DNA from: Kiritimatiellales bacterium
Lineage (GTDB): Bacteria > Verrucomicrobiota > Kiritimatiellia > Kiritimatiellales > Pontiellaceae
Assembly: GCA_003246265.1 (NCBI GenBank)
Contig: QKAU01000051.1
Span: forward strand, 5,288-69,287
Length of the DNA: 64,000 bases
Direction of reading: 5' to 3'
Made by a program: the position numbers and the translations under genes. Every line of letters starts with the position of its first letter. Position 1 is the stretch's first letter. Below the pieces are notes generated by a model. It saw nothing but the letters and a program-made list of their open reading frames with translations. It had not been told where the DNA came from and ran no database searches. This document shows positions 27,294 through 35,865 of the stretch, one piece after another.

Positions 27294-27996
27294 ATCCGTC
27301 TCTAAGGGGCAGTTGGTTGCGAAGCAAGGCAAGCGCACTCGATCTACGTTCGTTTCCGGCAGAGGAGAAACGCCCCGCCAGCGGCTGCGATTCCAAGGAG
27401 TAGAAGAATGGTCTTCCATGGATTGGCATGCCGGATGGTTTCGGGCGGGGTGGGCTCCCTGGCCGGAGGCGGTCCCTCCCTTGCCGACTCGCGGGTTGCC
27501 GGTGGTTGGGGTTGCCTTCCGGACGAACTTTCATCTGCTGCCGACGCGGCTGGGTCGGGTTCCGTCCCGGGGTCCGCGCTGCGTGGCGGAGGGACGGTTT
27601 TACGGGCGGCGGAGGGGTGTAGCCCGGGGAGTGTAGCTGGTCGTAATCTTTCTTGATAAATCCTGCATTCGACCGAATGTTTTTGTCTTGCGATGCCAAC
27701 CCTTGGTCAATGATGTCCCAGTCTACCATATAACCACGCTCTAGCAGTTCTCTTGCGCCAATCAGGCGGAAAGCCAAATCAACCCGCTTTTCTTCGGCAA
27801 TGTATTCGCGCATCATCTGAACGCCGACTTCCGGGTTGTTGTTGGGCATAACTTCAACTGTCCGCAATCGTAGAAGCCCATCGTCCATGTTCTCCGAATA
27901 GATCTCCATGACGATGCGATCGATTTCCGGACTCTGGTATGCAAGAGATGAGATCACGTCGAGGGCAGCCAGGCGAATGCTCGTTGTCGCAGGCAT
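27292..27996 (-). CDS. Hypothetical protein; the low-GC N-terminal roughly 119 aa read through into GC-rich host DNA
   Basis: The N-terminal part (MPATTSIRLAALDVISSLAYQSPEIDRIVMEIY...DWDIIDQGLASQDKNIRSNAGF) is helical-repeat-like. From about nt 27640 leftwards the frame becomes Pro/Arg/Gly-rich (PPPPVKPSLRHAARTPGRNPTQPRRQ...). That is typical of an accidentally open frame in GC-rich DNA. Confidence 0.4.
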   Translation of the reverse strand: MPATTSIRLAALDVISSLAYQSPEIDRIVMEIYSENMDDGLLRLRTVEVMPNNNPEVGVQMMREYIAEEKRVDLAFRLIGARELLERGYMVDWDIIDQGLASQDKNIRSNAGFIKKDYDQLHSPGYTPPPPVKPSLRHAARTPGRNPTQPRRQQMKVRPEGNPNHRQPASRQGRDRLRPGSPPRPKPSGMPIHGRPFFYSLESQPLAGRFSSAGNERRSSALALLRNQLPLRDG

Positions 27997-27999
27997 TTC

Positions 28000-28266
28000 C
28001 TAAATGTACGCCTTATACTCTTCCTTCGATAATTTTCCTGCTTTGACATCTTCCCGCATTGCATCCAATTGTTTCTGGATTTGTTGTCGTTGCGCATTCC
28101 AGTCCAGTTTCAACCCGTCGATTAAGGCCTCCTCGGATAGCTCCATTCTATGGGTAACTATCCATTCATATTCGGCATTGGATCGATACGTTATTTCTTG
28201 TTCCGCAGCTCCTGATTGGAAACAGAGTGCAGCCACTAGGATTGCAGGAGAAGAAGTTGTTTTCAT
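28000..28266 (-). CDS. Hypothetical small secreted protein (88 aa)
   Basis: Signal peptide MKTTSSPAILVAALCFQSGAAEQ followed by a charged helical region. The start lies 1 nt after the stop of the upstream gene. The upstream part of listed ORF ..28365 overlaps the neighbouring gene and is discarded. Confidence 0.55.
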   Translation of the reverse strand: MKTTSSPAILVAALCFQSGAAEQEITYRSNAEYEWIVTHRMELSEEALIDGLKLDWNAQRQQIQKQLDAMREDVKAGKLSKEEYKAYI

Positions 28267-28267
28267 G

Positions 28268-28816
28268 CTACTGTTCTCTATTCGCTTCGATTGTATCTGC
28301 CAATGCCTGAAAACCAGCCCGACCGGCAGCAAAGGCGTTATGTTCGCAAACATCATCATAAACATCTTTGCGATCTACGTATTCTGGACCAAGACAATCC
28401 AGCTTCAATGCAGTCAAAAAGGCACTGTCGACGAAATACAAATCAAGATCCGCCACGGTCAGTTCCGCCCTCCACTTCCCGTTTTTATAGTACACCTCGA
28501 ACTCAATGTGGCTGAATGCGTCTTCCATGATGAAAACGGTATAAACGGGCACTCCGGACAACGGATGTTGCGTTCCGATTAAATCCTTGAGGAAGTGCTT
28601 CTTGAATCCATTTGCCTCAAACGGAATATCTGTGCCGGAAGGCTGCAGGAACATGTCGCCCATCGAAGGGGGGAGGATCGCAATAAAGCGATTCTGGAAT
28701 TCCGTGTATCGAACAACAATATCCTCCAAATTCCGGATTGCCGTGGGTTCATTCTGTCCGGACACCTGCAGGGAAAACAGCAAGACGGAAGCCGCCCCAA
28801 AAAAGCTCCACTTCAT
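28268..28816 (-). CDS. Hypothetical secreted protein (182 aa)
   Basis: Signal peptide MKWSFFGAASVLLFSLQVSGQ. RBS ACGGAGA lies 5 nt before the ATG. No family recognised. Confidence 0.6.
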   Translation of the reverse strand: MKWSFFGAASVLLFSLQVSGQNEPTAIRNLEDIVVRYTEFQNRFIAILPPSMGDMFLQPSGTDIPFEANGFKKHFLKDLIGTQHPLSGVPVYTVFIMEDAFSHIEFEVYYKNGKWRAELTVADLDLYFVDSAFLTALKLDCLGPEYVDRKDVYDDVCEHNAFAAGRAGFQALADTIEANREQ

Positions 28817-29132
28817 ATATTCTCCGTTTCATTGCCCCGGCAAGCGGGGAGCGATGAATTAAGGAACAAGTTGCAAACACACACACATTTGATGTCTTAA
28901 TACTCTGCGAACGCCTTGTGCTTCAGTTCCAGGATGACGTCAACTTCTGGAGAGGGGCTGGATATCTTTGCATGACCAACCCCCTGTAGTCCTTGCCCGG
29001 GATCATGGGTAGCAGGAAACAAATAGTTCGAGCCAGGTACTTTCATCCGATTCTGGAGAGCCATCCGCCAAATCCGCATGGACGGCGAAACCTCTTGGAG
29101 TATGGGCGGGCAATGGGGTAGCGTTCCCGGCC

Positions 29133-29840
29133 ATGGAATCGTGCCCCGTCCCGCAGAAGCAGATCCTCGTGGTCGAGGATGAGCCGGCGATCGCCGAAAA
29201 CATCGCCTTTGCCGTGGGGACCGAGAACATGGTGGCCCGCTGTGCCGGCACCGCGCGCGAAGCCGCGGCGATCCTCGCGGAAGCCTCCATCGACCTCGTC
29301 GTCCTCGATGTGGGGCTGCCCGACGAGAGCGGCTTCGACTTCTGCCGCCGCATCCGGGCGCATTCCGGCGTTCCGATCATCTTCCTGACCGCCCGCAAGG
29401 AGGAGGTGGACCGGATCGTCGGGCTCGAACTGGGTGCCGACGACTACATGGTCAAGCCCTTCAGTCCACGCGAGCTGACCGCCCGCATCCGCGCCATCCT
29501 GCGCCGCAGCAATGGCCCGGCGCATGCCGGTGGCAACGGCGGCGGCACAGCCCTGTTCGAGGTCGACCCCGCCCGCAAGCAGATCCGCTACCAGGGCCGG
29601 GCCCTCGGCCTCTCCCGCTACGAGTTCCGCATGCTCGAACTGATGATCCGCCATCCGGGACAGGTCTTTTCGCGCGACCAGCTGATGGGGCACGCCTGGG
29701 AGGAGCCGGAGGCGAGCTTCGACCGCACGGTCGACACGCACATCAAGACGCTGCGCGCGAAGCTGCGCGAAATCGATCCGGCCTCGGATTGCCTGCAGAC
29801 GCGCCGGGGCTGGGGCTACTGCCTGAAGGTGGACGCATGA
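29133..29840 (+). CDS. creB: OmpR-family response regulator CreB
   Basis: Receiver domain ILVVEDEP...DLVVLDVGLPDESGF...DDYMVKPFSPREL and a winged-helix C-terminus (RGWGYCL). It is followed by creC and creD. Confidence 0.85.
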   Translation: MESCPVPQKQILVVEDEPAIAENIAFAVGTENMVARCAGTAREAAAILAEASIDLVVLDVGLPDESGFDFCRRIRAHSGVPIIFLTARKEEVDRIVGLELGADDYMVKPFSPRELTARIRAILRRSNGPAHAGGNGGGTALFEVDPARKQIRYQGRALGLSRYEFRMLELMIRHPGQVFSRDQLMGHAWEEPEASFDRTVDTHIKTLRAKLREIDPASDCLQTRRGWGYCLKVDA

Positions 29841-31276
29841 AGATGCGGACCCGCCTGCTACTGACCGCCATCGTCCTGCTTTCGGGCGGCTTCTATTGGC
29901 TGGTCGACTGGATCGTGCGCGACGTGCGCCTCCACTATTTCATGACGCTGGAGGAGTCGCTCGTCGATACTTCCGTGCTGCTGGCGGCGCAGGTGGAGCG
30001 GCAGATGCCCGCCGGCGGCCTGGAGGTCGACGACGCCTTCCGCGCCGCGGTCGCCGCCGCCGCGCAACGGGAGCTCGATGCGCGGATCTACGCTTTTGCC
30101 AAGACCCGCATGAACCTGCGCGTGCTGGTGGCCGACCGCCATGCGCGGATCCTCTACGACTCGTTCCACGGGCGCGACGAGGGCGCGGACTATTCGGATT
30201 GGCGCGACGTGCGGCTCGCCCTGCGCGGCGAATACGGCGCGCGCGCCACGCACGAGCGGAAAGGCGATCCGTCCAGCTTCTTCTTCTACGTCGCGGCGCC
30301 CGTCTATCGCGGTGAATCGATCGTGGGGGCGGTGTCGGTGGGCAAGCCGGTCAGCAGCATCGCGCCGTTCATGAACCAGGCGAAGGTGCGCCTCGTCGTA
30401 TCGGGCCTCGTCGCCTTCACGGCGATCGTGCTGCTGCTGGTTCCCGTTTCGCTTTGGATCATCCATCCGGTCCGGGCGCTGACCGCCTACGCCCGGGCCA
30501 TCCGCGACGGCCGCGTGGTGCAGCGGCCGCGGGTGGGGCATGGCGGCGAGATGAGCGAGCTGGCCGAAGCCTTCGAGCAGATGCGCGATGCGCTCGAAGG
30601 CAAGCAGTACGTGGAGGAGTATGTCCAGTCGCTGACCCACGAGATGAAGAGCCCGCTCGCCGCCATCCAGGGGGCGGCGGAGCTGCTCGATGAAGAGATG
30701 CCGCCGGAGCAGCGCCGCCGCTTCCTTGCCAACATCCGCGCCGAGGCGGAGCGGCTGCACGACCTTGTCGACCGCATGCTCTCGCTGGCCGCCCTCGAGA
30801 AGCGCAAGGGGCTCGTCCGGACCGATCCCATCGCTGTCCAGCGGCTGCTCGACGACGTGGCCGACAGCCTCCATCCCGTTGCCGGGGCGCGCCATGTTTC
30901 GCTGCGGTTCGCCGTCGCGGAGCCGGTTGCGCTGGCCGGGGAATACTTCCTCCTGCGGCAGGCCGTCGCGAACCTGGTGCGCAACGCCATCGACTTCTCG
31001 CCCGATGGCGGGCGGGTCGAGGTCGAGGTGGGGACGGCGGGAGGCCAGGTGCGCTTCGAGGTGCGCGACGAAGGGCCCGGCATTCCGGACTATGCCCTGG
31101 GCCGGGTCTTCGACCGGTTCTATTCGCTGCCCCGCCCGCACGGCGGCAAGAAGGGCTCGGGCCTCGGCCTCAACTTCGTGCGCGAGATCGCCAAGCTGCA
31201 CGGCGGCGACATCCGCCTCGAAAACCGCCCCCAAGGCGGGGTCCGCGCCATCCTCACCCTCCCGTTCGCCGTCTAA
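29837..31276 (+). CDS. creC: Sensor histidine kinase CreC
   Basis: Two TM segments flank a periplasmic region. H-box SLTHEMKSPLAAI, N-box LVRNAIDFSP, G-boxes DEGPGIP and GSGLGL. ATG 29837 overlaps the creB stop (ATGA). Confidence 0.85.
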   Translation: MKMRTRLLLTAIVLLSGGFYWLVDWIVRDVRLHYFMTLEESLVDTSVLLAAQVERQMPAGGLEVDDAFRAAVAAAAQRELDARIYAFAKTRMNLRVLVADRHARILYDSFHGRDEGADYSDWRDVRLALRGEYGARATHERKGDPSSFFFYVAAPVYRGESIVGAVSVGKPVSSIAPFMNQAKVRLVVSGLVAFTAIVLLLVPVSLWIIHPVRALTAYARAIRDGRVVQRPRVGHGGEMSELAEAFEQMRDALEGKQYVEEYVQSLTHEMKSPLAAIQGAAELLDEEMPPEQRRRFLANIRAEAERLHDLVDRMLSLAALEKRKGLVRTDPIAVQRLLDDVADSLHPVAGARHVSLRFAVAEPVALAGEYFLLRQAVANLVRNAIDFSPDGGRVEVEVGTAGGQVRFEVRDEGPGIPDYALGRVFDRFYSLPRPHGGKKGSGLGLNFVREIAKLHGGDIRLENRPQGGVRAILTLPFAV

Positions 31277-31305
31277 GCGGCCGACCAAGGGGCCCGTCGT
31301 CGCAT

Positions 31306-31343
31306 TTCACTTCGATTTCACCGCGACTTCATACTTGTTTCAA
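31306..31343 (+). promoter_or_regulatory. cre-tag array (CreB binding site) upstream of creD
   Basis: TTCAC-N6-TTCAC-N6-TTCAT-N6-TTCAA at 31306, 31317, 31328 and 31339, in exact 11-bp phasing. The first pair equals the E. coli cre-tag consensus TTCACnnnnnnTTCAC. Confidence 0.6.
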
Positions 31344-31376
31344 ATGGATCGTCCACCCTGCGTTCCACATTCAACC

Positions 31377-32714
31377 ATGGAGGTGGTCATGCAGGTGAAG
31401 ATGCTGTTCAAGTTTCTGGTGCTGGGATTCGTTGCGATTGTCCTGATGGTGGTGCTCTCGTCGGTAAAGGGGCTGGAGCTGGGCCGCAAGGCGCGGCTGG
31501 AGGCCGTGCGGCACGACATCGCATCGAGCTACGCCGGGGCCCAGTGGCTGGCCGGGCCGGTCTTCGCGGTCACCTTCACCGAAACCTGGAGCGAGCGGCT
31601 CTACAACGAGGAGAAGGATAGCTGGTACGACAAGGAGATGTCGCGCACGGGTACCCGGCTGTTCTATCCCCAGACGCTTTCGTACGACACCACGATGCAG
31701 GTGCAGGAGCGCTACCGCGGCATCTTCAAGGCCAACGTCTTCCAGACCAGGGGGCATCTCAAGGGCCAGGTCCTCTTTCCCGCGCTCGAGACGCTCGCCG
31801 CCGGGAAGGAATCGCGCATCGAGCCGGTGTCGGCCCGCGCCTGCTTCCTGTTCGGCGACCTGCGCGGCATCACCCGCGTCCCGGGCTTCACCTGGAACGA
31901 CCAGGCGCTGGAGGTCCTGCCGGGCAGCGAGCTGGAGGCCATCGGGCAGGGGATCCATGCCGACCTCCCCGACATCGAAGCGCTGTTCGGCGGCACCTTC
32001 GCGTTCGGCATGGAGCTCGACCTGCATGGCATGGGATCGTTCGAGTTCGTTCCGATCGGGGCGGAAAACGAGGTGCGGATGGCGTCCGACTGGCCCCACC
32101 CGAGCTTTACGGGAGAGTTCCTTGCCAACGAGCGCAGCGTTTCGGAGGCCGGCTTCGAGGCGGAGTGGAGCGTCAACGGACTGGCCTCCTCCGCCCGGCA
32201 GCAGCTGGATGCCGGCGGGAAGAAGCGGCTGCAGCGGCTGGGGGTCGAACTGGTCGATCCCGTGAACATCTATGCCATGACGGACCGCGCCCTGAAGTAC
32301 GGCTTCCTCTTCATCTTCATCACCTTTTCCGCCTTCGCCCTCTTCGAGATGCTCGCGCAACTGCGGATCCATCCGGTGCAGTACGGCCTGGTCGGCCTGG
32401 CACAGGCGGTCTTTTTCCTGCTGCTGCTGAGCCTGTCGGAGCATGTCGGCTTCGGCCACTCCTACCTGGCCGCGAGCGCGGGGACGATCGGCCTGCTCGT
32501 CTTCTACGTCTGCCATGTCCTCCGGGGTCTCGGCCGCGGCCTGGCCTTCGGCGTCCTGCTGGGTCTGCTCTATGGGGTCCTCTACATGCTGCTCCAATCC
32601 GAGGACCATGCGCTTGTGGCCGGTTCGGTCTTCATCTTCGGCCTCATGGGGCTGGTCATGCTCCTGACGCGCAAGGTCGACTGGTACGCCCTCGGCAGCC
32701 GCGCCGGCGCGTAG
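31377..32714 (+). CDS. creD: Cell-envelope integrity inner-membrane protein CreD
   Basis: The C-terminal block ALKYGFLFIFITFSAFALFEMLAQLRIHPVQYGLVGLAQAVFFLLLLSLSEHVGF closely mirrors E. coli CreD as recalled. The start is ATG 31377 or 31389. The listed ORF from 30690 is in the creC region. Confidence 0.9.
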   Translation: MEVVMQVKMLFKFLVLGFVAIVLMVVLSSVKGLELGRKARLEAVRHDIASSYAGAQWLAGPVFAVTFTETWSERLYNEEKDSWYDKEMSRTGTRLFYPQTLSYDTTMQVQERYRGIFKANVFQTRGHLKGQVLFPALETLAAGKESRIEPVSARACFLFGDLRGITRVPGFTWNDQALEVLPGSELEAIGQGIHADLPDIEALFGGTFAFGMELDLHGMGSFEFVPIGAENEVRMASDWPHPSFTGEFLANERSVSEAGFEAEWSVNGLASSARQQLDAGGKKRLQRLGVELVDPVNIYAMTDRALKYGFLFIFITFSAFALFEMLAQLRIHPVQYGLVGLAQAVFFLLLLSLSEHVGFGHSYLAASAGTIGLLVFYVCHVLRGLGRGLAFGVLLGLLYGVLYMLLQSEDHALVAGSVFIFGLMGLVMLLTRKVDWYALGSRAGA

Positions 32715-32857
32715 CCGATGTTCCCGTCCGCCTATTGGCACTCCGTGCAAAGATGGCGGGCGGGGCTTCCCGGTTTGACGATTCCCGGACAGCCTGCTAT
32801 GCCCTCCACCAAGCGGTTTTGCCGGGCCACGGCAAGTGTGCGGAAAGGAAGGGCTCC

Positions 32858-33961
32858 ATGAACGAAGCAGGCAGATGTTCCCGTTCCGGTTTCTTCAAGA
32901 CGGCCGGCCTCGCGGCCGGCGCCGCCGTGGTGGCGGGGGGCAGGGTGCAGGCGGCGGAAACGGCTGCGGCCGGTCCCGCGCGGCGCCGGCTGGGGCGTAG
33001 CGGCCTGGAGCTGCCGGTGGTCTCGCTCGGCACCGGCTCGGCGCAGGACGTCAATGTCATCAAGTTCGCCATCGCCCAGGGCATGGACTTCATCCACACC
33101 TCCACGACCTACAAGGAGGGGCGGGCGATCCGCAACGTGGCCGAGGCGATCAAGGGCCAGCGCGACAAGGTGCTGCTCGGCCTCAAGATCACCTGGCGGC
33201 CCGACGACGACAAGAGCATGGAGGCCGCGCTCGAAACGCTGGGCGTGGAGAGCGTCGACATCGCCTTCTTCCACATCCACGACGAGAAGGAGGTGTCCGA
33301 CCCGAAGTACCGGGCGGGCGCCGAGCGGTGGAAGAAGATGGGCAGGTTCAAGGCGATCGGGCTGACCTCGCACAAGGAGACGTCGCAATGCATCGCTGCG
33401 GCGCTCGACCAGGGATTCTACGACGCGCTCATGCCCTCCTACGCCATGTCGATGGAAGAGGAGTTCCTCCCCATCTTCAAGCGGGCGGAAGAGCAAGGCG
33501 TCGGTGTGATCCTGATGAAGACGGCACGGGGGCTTGGCGGCGCCTATGCGGATTCGGTTCCCCACTATCTCGCCACGCCGGGCATCACCACCATCACCAA
33601 GGGGGCGGCCTCCTTCCAGGAGGTCAAGCAGCTCGTCGAGGCCTCGAAGGCCAAGGCCGACCCGCAGGCCGGCGTCCTGCTCCGGGAGCGGGCGAAGCTG
33701 GCGATGGGCGGGCACTGCACGATGTGCGGCACCTGTACGCGTACCTGCCCGAAAGGGTTCCCGGTGGCCGACGTCGTGCGCTGTTCGGACTACTACCTCG
33801 AAAACGCCGCCTACGTCGACACTGCGGTTGAAACCTACCGGACGCTCGCCCGCGCGCCTTCTCCGGCCGCCTGCGGCGACTGTTCCCTCTGCGAGCAGGC
33901 TTGCCGGAACGGGGTGCCCGTAGTCCACCATATCCGCCGCGCCGAAGCCGCGCTGGCGTAG
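32858..33961 (+). CDS. Aldo/keto reductase with a TAT-like leader and a C-terminal Cys-rich (4Fe-4S ferredoxin-like) tail
   Basis: Leader SRSGFFKTAGLAAGAAVVAGG. AKR body (LGRSGLELPVVSLGTG...DFIHTSTTYKEG...SVDIAFFHIHD). Tail CTMCGTCTRTCP...CGDCSLCEQAC. Confidence 0.7.
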   Translation: MNEAGRCSRSGFFKTAGLAAGAAVVAGGRVQAAETAAAGPARRRLGRSGLELPVVSLGTGSAQDVNVIKFAIAQGMDFIHTSTTYKEGRAIRNVAEAIKGQRDKVLLGLKITWRPDDDKSMEAALETLGVESVDIAFFHIHDEKEVSDPKYRAGAERWKKMGRFKAIGLTSHKETSQCIAAALDQGFYDALMPSYAMSMEEEFLPIFKRAEEQGVGVILMKTARGLGGAYADSVPHYLATPGITTITKGAASFQEVKQLVEASKAKADPQAGVLLRERAKLAMGGHCTMCGTCTRTCPKGFPVADVVRCSDYYLENAAYVDTAVETYRTLARAPSPAACGDCSLCEQACRNGVPVVHHIRRAEAALA

Positions 33962-33970
33962 GGATCCATC

Positions 33971-34894
33971 ATGCTTCGCCGTTCCCTTCTCGCCGCAGGC
34001 TGGCTGCTTCCGCCCGTCCTGGCGCTGCTCTTTGCGCTCAAGGGGCGGCACTACGACGAGGGGTTCTACCTGCCCCCGGCCGCCGCGGCATCCGCGCTCC
34101 CCGTGCCCGGCGCGCTGGGCGCATGGACGCTGGAGGGCGGGGATGTGCTGCCGGCCGACCGCATGTTCGAAAAGATCGACGGCAAGGCCGACTACTACCT
34201 GCAGTACGGGGCGGTCGAACTTTGCAGCGGGGAATGGGTGGCCGACGGGCAGCGGTGGGACATGTACCTCTACCGGTTCAAGGAGGCGCAGGGCGCGCGC
34301 GGGGCCTACAACGGGGAGCGCCCGGCCGACGGCAAGCCCCTCGAAGGGATCGAGGGCTACGCCGTGCCCGGGCAGGCGGCGGTATCGGCAGGATGCTTCT
34401 ACCTGCAGCTCAATGCCCAAACCGCCGAGGCCGATCCGGCGCCGGCGGTGGAGCTGGCCAGGACGCTGGCCTCCCTGCTGGGCGGGGTCGCCGGCGACGA
34501 GGTGCCCGATGCGGCGGTCGACCTGGCGGTGCTGGCCGGCGATGCCGCGGCGGGGACCGAGGAGTACCTCCCCGAGAACGCCTTCGGTTTTTCGGTTTTC
34601 GCGGGCGTCCGCTCCATCCGCGTCCGGCTCGGGCCGGGCGAGGCCGTCTGGTTCACCTGCCCGGGCGACGCGGCCACGGTTGCAGCCTATGCGGAGGAGC
34701 TGGCAGCGTTCGGCGGCGAGGAGTGCTTCGACGAGGACGGAATGGCGGGCGGGGCGATGTTTGGCTCCTGGAGCCTGGCCGGCGTGATGGAGGGCGCGGT
34801 CTGGGGCGTGCAGGAGGCGGCGACGCGCGACGCGCTTTCCGCGCATTGGAGCGCGCTGCGGGAACGGTTGGAAACGAGGGAGGAATCGCCATGA
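33971..34894 (+). CDS. Hypothetical membrane-anchored protein (possibly DUF6599-like)
   Basis: N-terminal anchor LLAAGWLLPPVLALLFAL. The string FEKIDGKADYYLQYGAVE recalls DUF6599 proteins found beside DUF362 genes (recall only). Codon bias is consistent with real coding sequence. Confidence 0.55.
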   Translation: MLRRSLLAAGWLLPPVLALLFALKGRHYDEGFYLPPAAAASALPVPGALGAWTLEGGDVLPADRMFEKIDGKADYYLQYGAVELCSGEWVADGQRWDMYLYRFKEAQGARGAYNGERPADGKPLEGIEGYAVPGQAAVSAGCFYLQLNAQTAEADPAPAVELARTLASLLGGVAGDEVPDAAVDLAVLAGDAAAGTEEYLPENAFGFSVFAGVRSIRVRLGPGEAVWFTCPGDAATVAAYAEELAAFGGEECFDEDGMAGGAMFGSWSLAGVMEGAVWGVQEAATRDALSAHWSALRERLETREESP

Positions 34895-35865
34895 ACCCGG
34901 ATCCCCATCACCGCCGCATGTTCATCCGCCGCATGGGGACCGCCACCGGCGTGGCGGCCGGGACGGCCGCGATCGGCTCCCTGTTCCACAACCGCAACCT
35001 CGTGCCGGCCGGCGAAGAGGCCAAGACGATTCCCTCGTTCCTGGTGCCGGGCACGGAGGGGATGATGGTCGTGGCCGAGGGACCGGACCCCGCCTTCGCC
35101 GTCCGTGCCGCCCTGCAGGAGCTGGGCGGCATCGGCCGCTTCGTCAAGGCGGGCGACCGCGTACTGGTGAAGCCCAATTGCGCCTTCGACCGCCCCGCCC
35201 ACTTCGGGGCCACCACCTCGCCTGCCGTCACGGGCGAGGTGGTCCGGCAGTGCATCGCCGCCGGGGCCGAGGTGCGGGTCATCGATAATCCAATCAACCA
35301 CCCGGAGGGCTGCTTTGTGAAATCGGGCCTGATGGATGCCGTGCAATCGGCGGGCGGCGAGGTATGGCTGCCCTCGGCCGCGCTCTTCGCGCGGGTCAAG
35401 GTGGGCTCGCTGCGGATCCCGGACTGGGAGGCGCTCTACCGGCCCCTGGCCTGGGCGAACAAGCTGATCGGCGTACCGACGGTGAAGTCGCACAACCTTT
35501 CGGGCGTGTCGCTGACGATGAAGAACTGGTATGGGCTGCTGGGCGGTCCGCGCAACCGCCTGCATCAGGCGCTGCACGAGGTGGTCGCGGACCTGGGCCA
35601 GTTCATCCGTCCGACGCTGGTGGTCCTCGACGGATCGCGCCTGCTGGTGGCCAACGGGCCAACCGGCGGCAGCCCGTCCGACGTGCGGCCCGGCGACGTG
35701 GTGGCGGTCGGCACCGACCAGGTGGCCATCGATACCTTCGGCGCTCGCCTGCTCGGCCACGCGCCGGACGAGATCGCCTTCCTGGACCTGGCGGCAAAAC
35801 TGGGTCTCGGCGTGGTGGATGAAGCGCAGTTGAAGCTGTTCAGGAAAGTCAGGGCGGTCTCATGA
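34891..35865 (+). CDS. DUF362-domain protein with a twin-arginine signal
   Basis: HHRRMFIRRMGTATGVAAGTAAIG is a TAT motif. The DUF362-like core is GDRVLVKPNC...VIDNP...LIGVPTVKSHNLSGVSLTMKNWYG. ATGA-coupled to the upstream gene. Confidence 0.7.
   Translation: MNPDPHHRRMFIRRMGTATGVAAGTAAIGSLFHNRNLVPAGEEAKTIPSFLVPGTEGMMVVAEGPDPAFAVRAALQELGGIGRFVKAGDRVLVKPNCAFDRPAHFGATTSPAVTGEVVRQCIAAGAEVRVIDNPINHPEGCFVKSGLMDAVQSAGGEVWLPSAALFARVKVGSLRIPDWEALYRPLAWANKLIGVPTVKSHNLSGVSLTMKNWYGLLGGPRNRLHQALHEVVADLGQFIRPTLVVLDGSRLLVANGPTGGSPSDVRPGDVVAVGTDQVAIDTFGARLLGHAPDEIAFLDLAAKLGLGVVDEAQLKLFRKVRAVS

Larger units (their letters stand above)
27640..29050. other. Low-GC islet (compositional anomaly) between alaS and creB
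   Basis: Hand count of line 28021-28080 gives 24/60 GC. Lines 28921-29040 give 50-55%. Flanking line 29401-29460 gives 38/60. The transition at about 27640 is abrupt, and about 29050 is gradual. Confidence 0.6.

Noticed and set aside
27300-27640. Possible structured ncRNA (tmRNA, RNase P, SRP, 6S) in the 350-nt GC-rich stretch after alaS
   Set aside because: I looked on both strands for the tmRNA 5' GGGGCUGAUUCUGGAUUCGAC / 3' T-arm-CCA, for RNase P GAGGAAAGUCCGGGC and ACAGAACCCGGCUUA, and for SRP GGAAGGAAGCAGCC. Only loose resemblances exist (for example GUCCGGAAGGCAACC on the minus strand). That is not enough to call an RNA gene; a covariance-model scan (Rfam/Infernal) would settle it.
28004-28582. 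192-aa plus-strand ORF inside the islet (also 28587..28862 and 28595..28900)
   Set aside because: It spans two well-formed minus-strand genes, is Cys/Ser/Phe-rich and non-protein-like, and has no RBS. The minus-strand genes have signal peptides and coupled starts.
28877-28887. (AC)5A microsatellite upstream of the islet operon
   Set aside because: It is only 11 nt, too short to argue for phase variation or a repeat element. Noted only as part of the putative promoter region.
28897-29079. 60-aa minus-strand ORF at the right edge of the low-GC islet, considered as a toxin-antitoxin-type fragment
   Set aside because: No RBS and no similarity I can recognise to RelE, HigB, YoeB or HicA-type toxins. 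It has intermediate GC and no partner ORF. It may be a gene remnant but is unsupported.
27640-29130. Mobile-element hallmarks around the low-GC islet
   Set aside because: There is no integrase, transposase or recombinase ORF, no tRNA/tmRNA attachment site, and no flanking direct or inverted repeats that I could find by eye. It is therefore reported only as a compositional islet, not as a mobile element.
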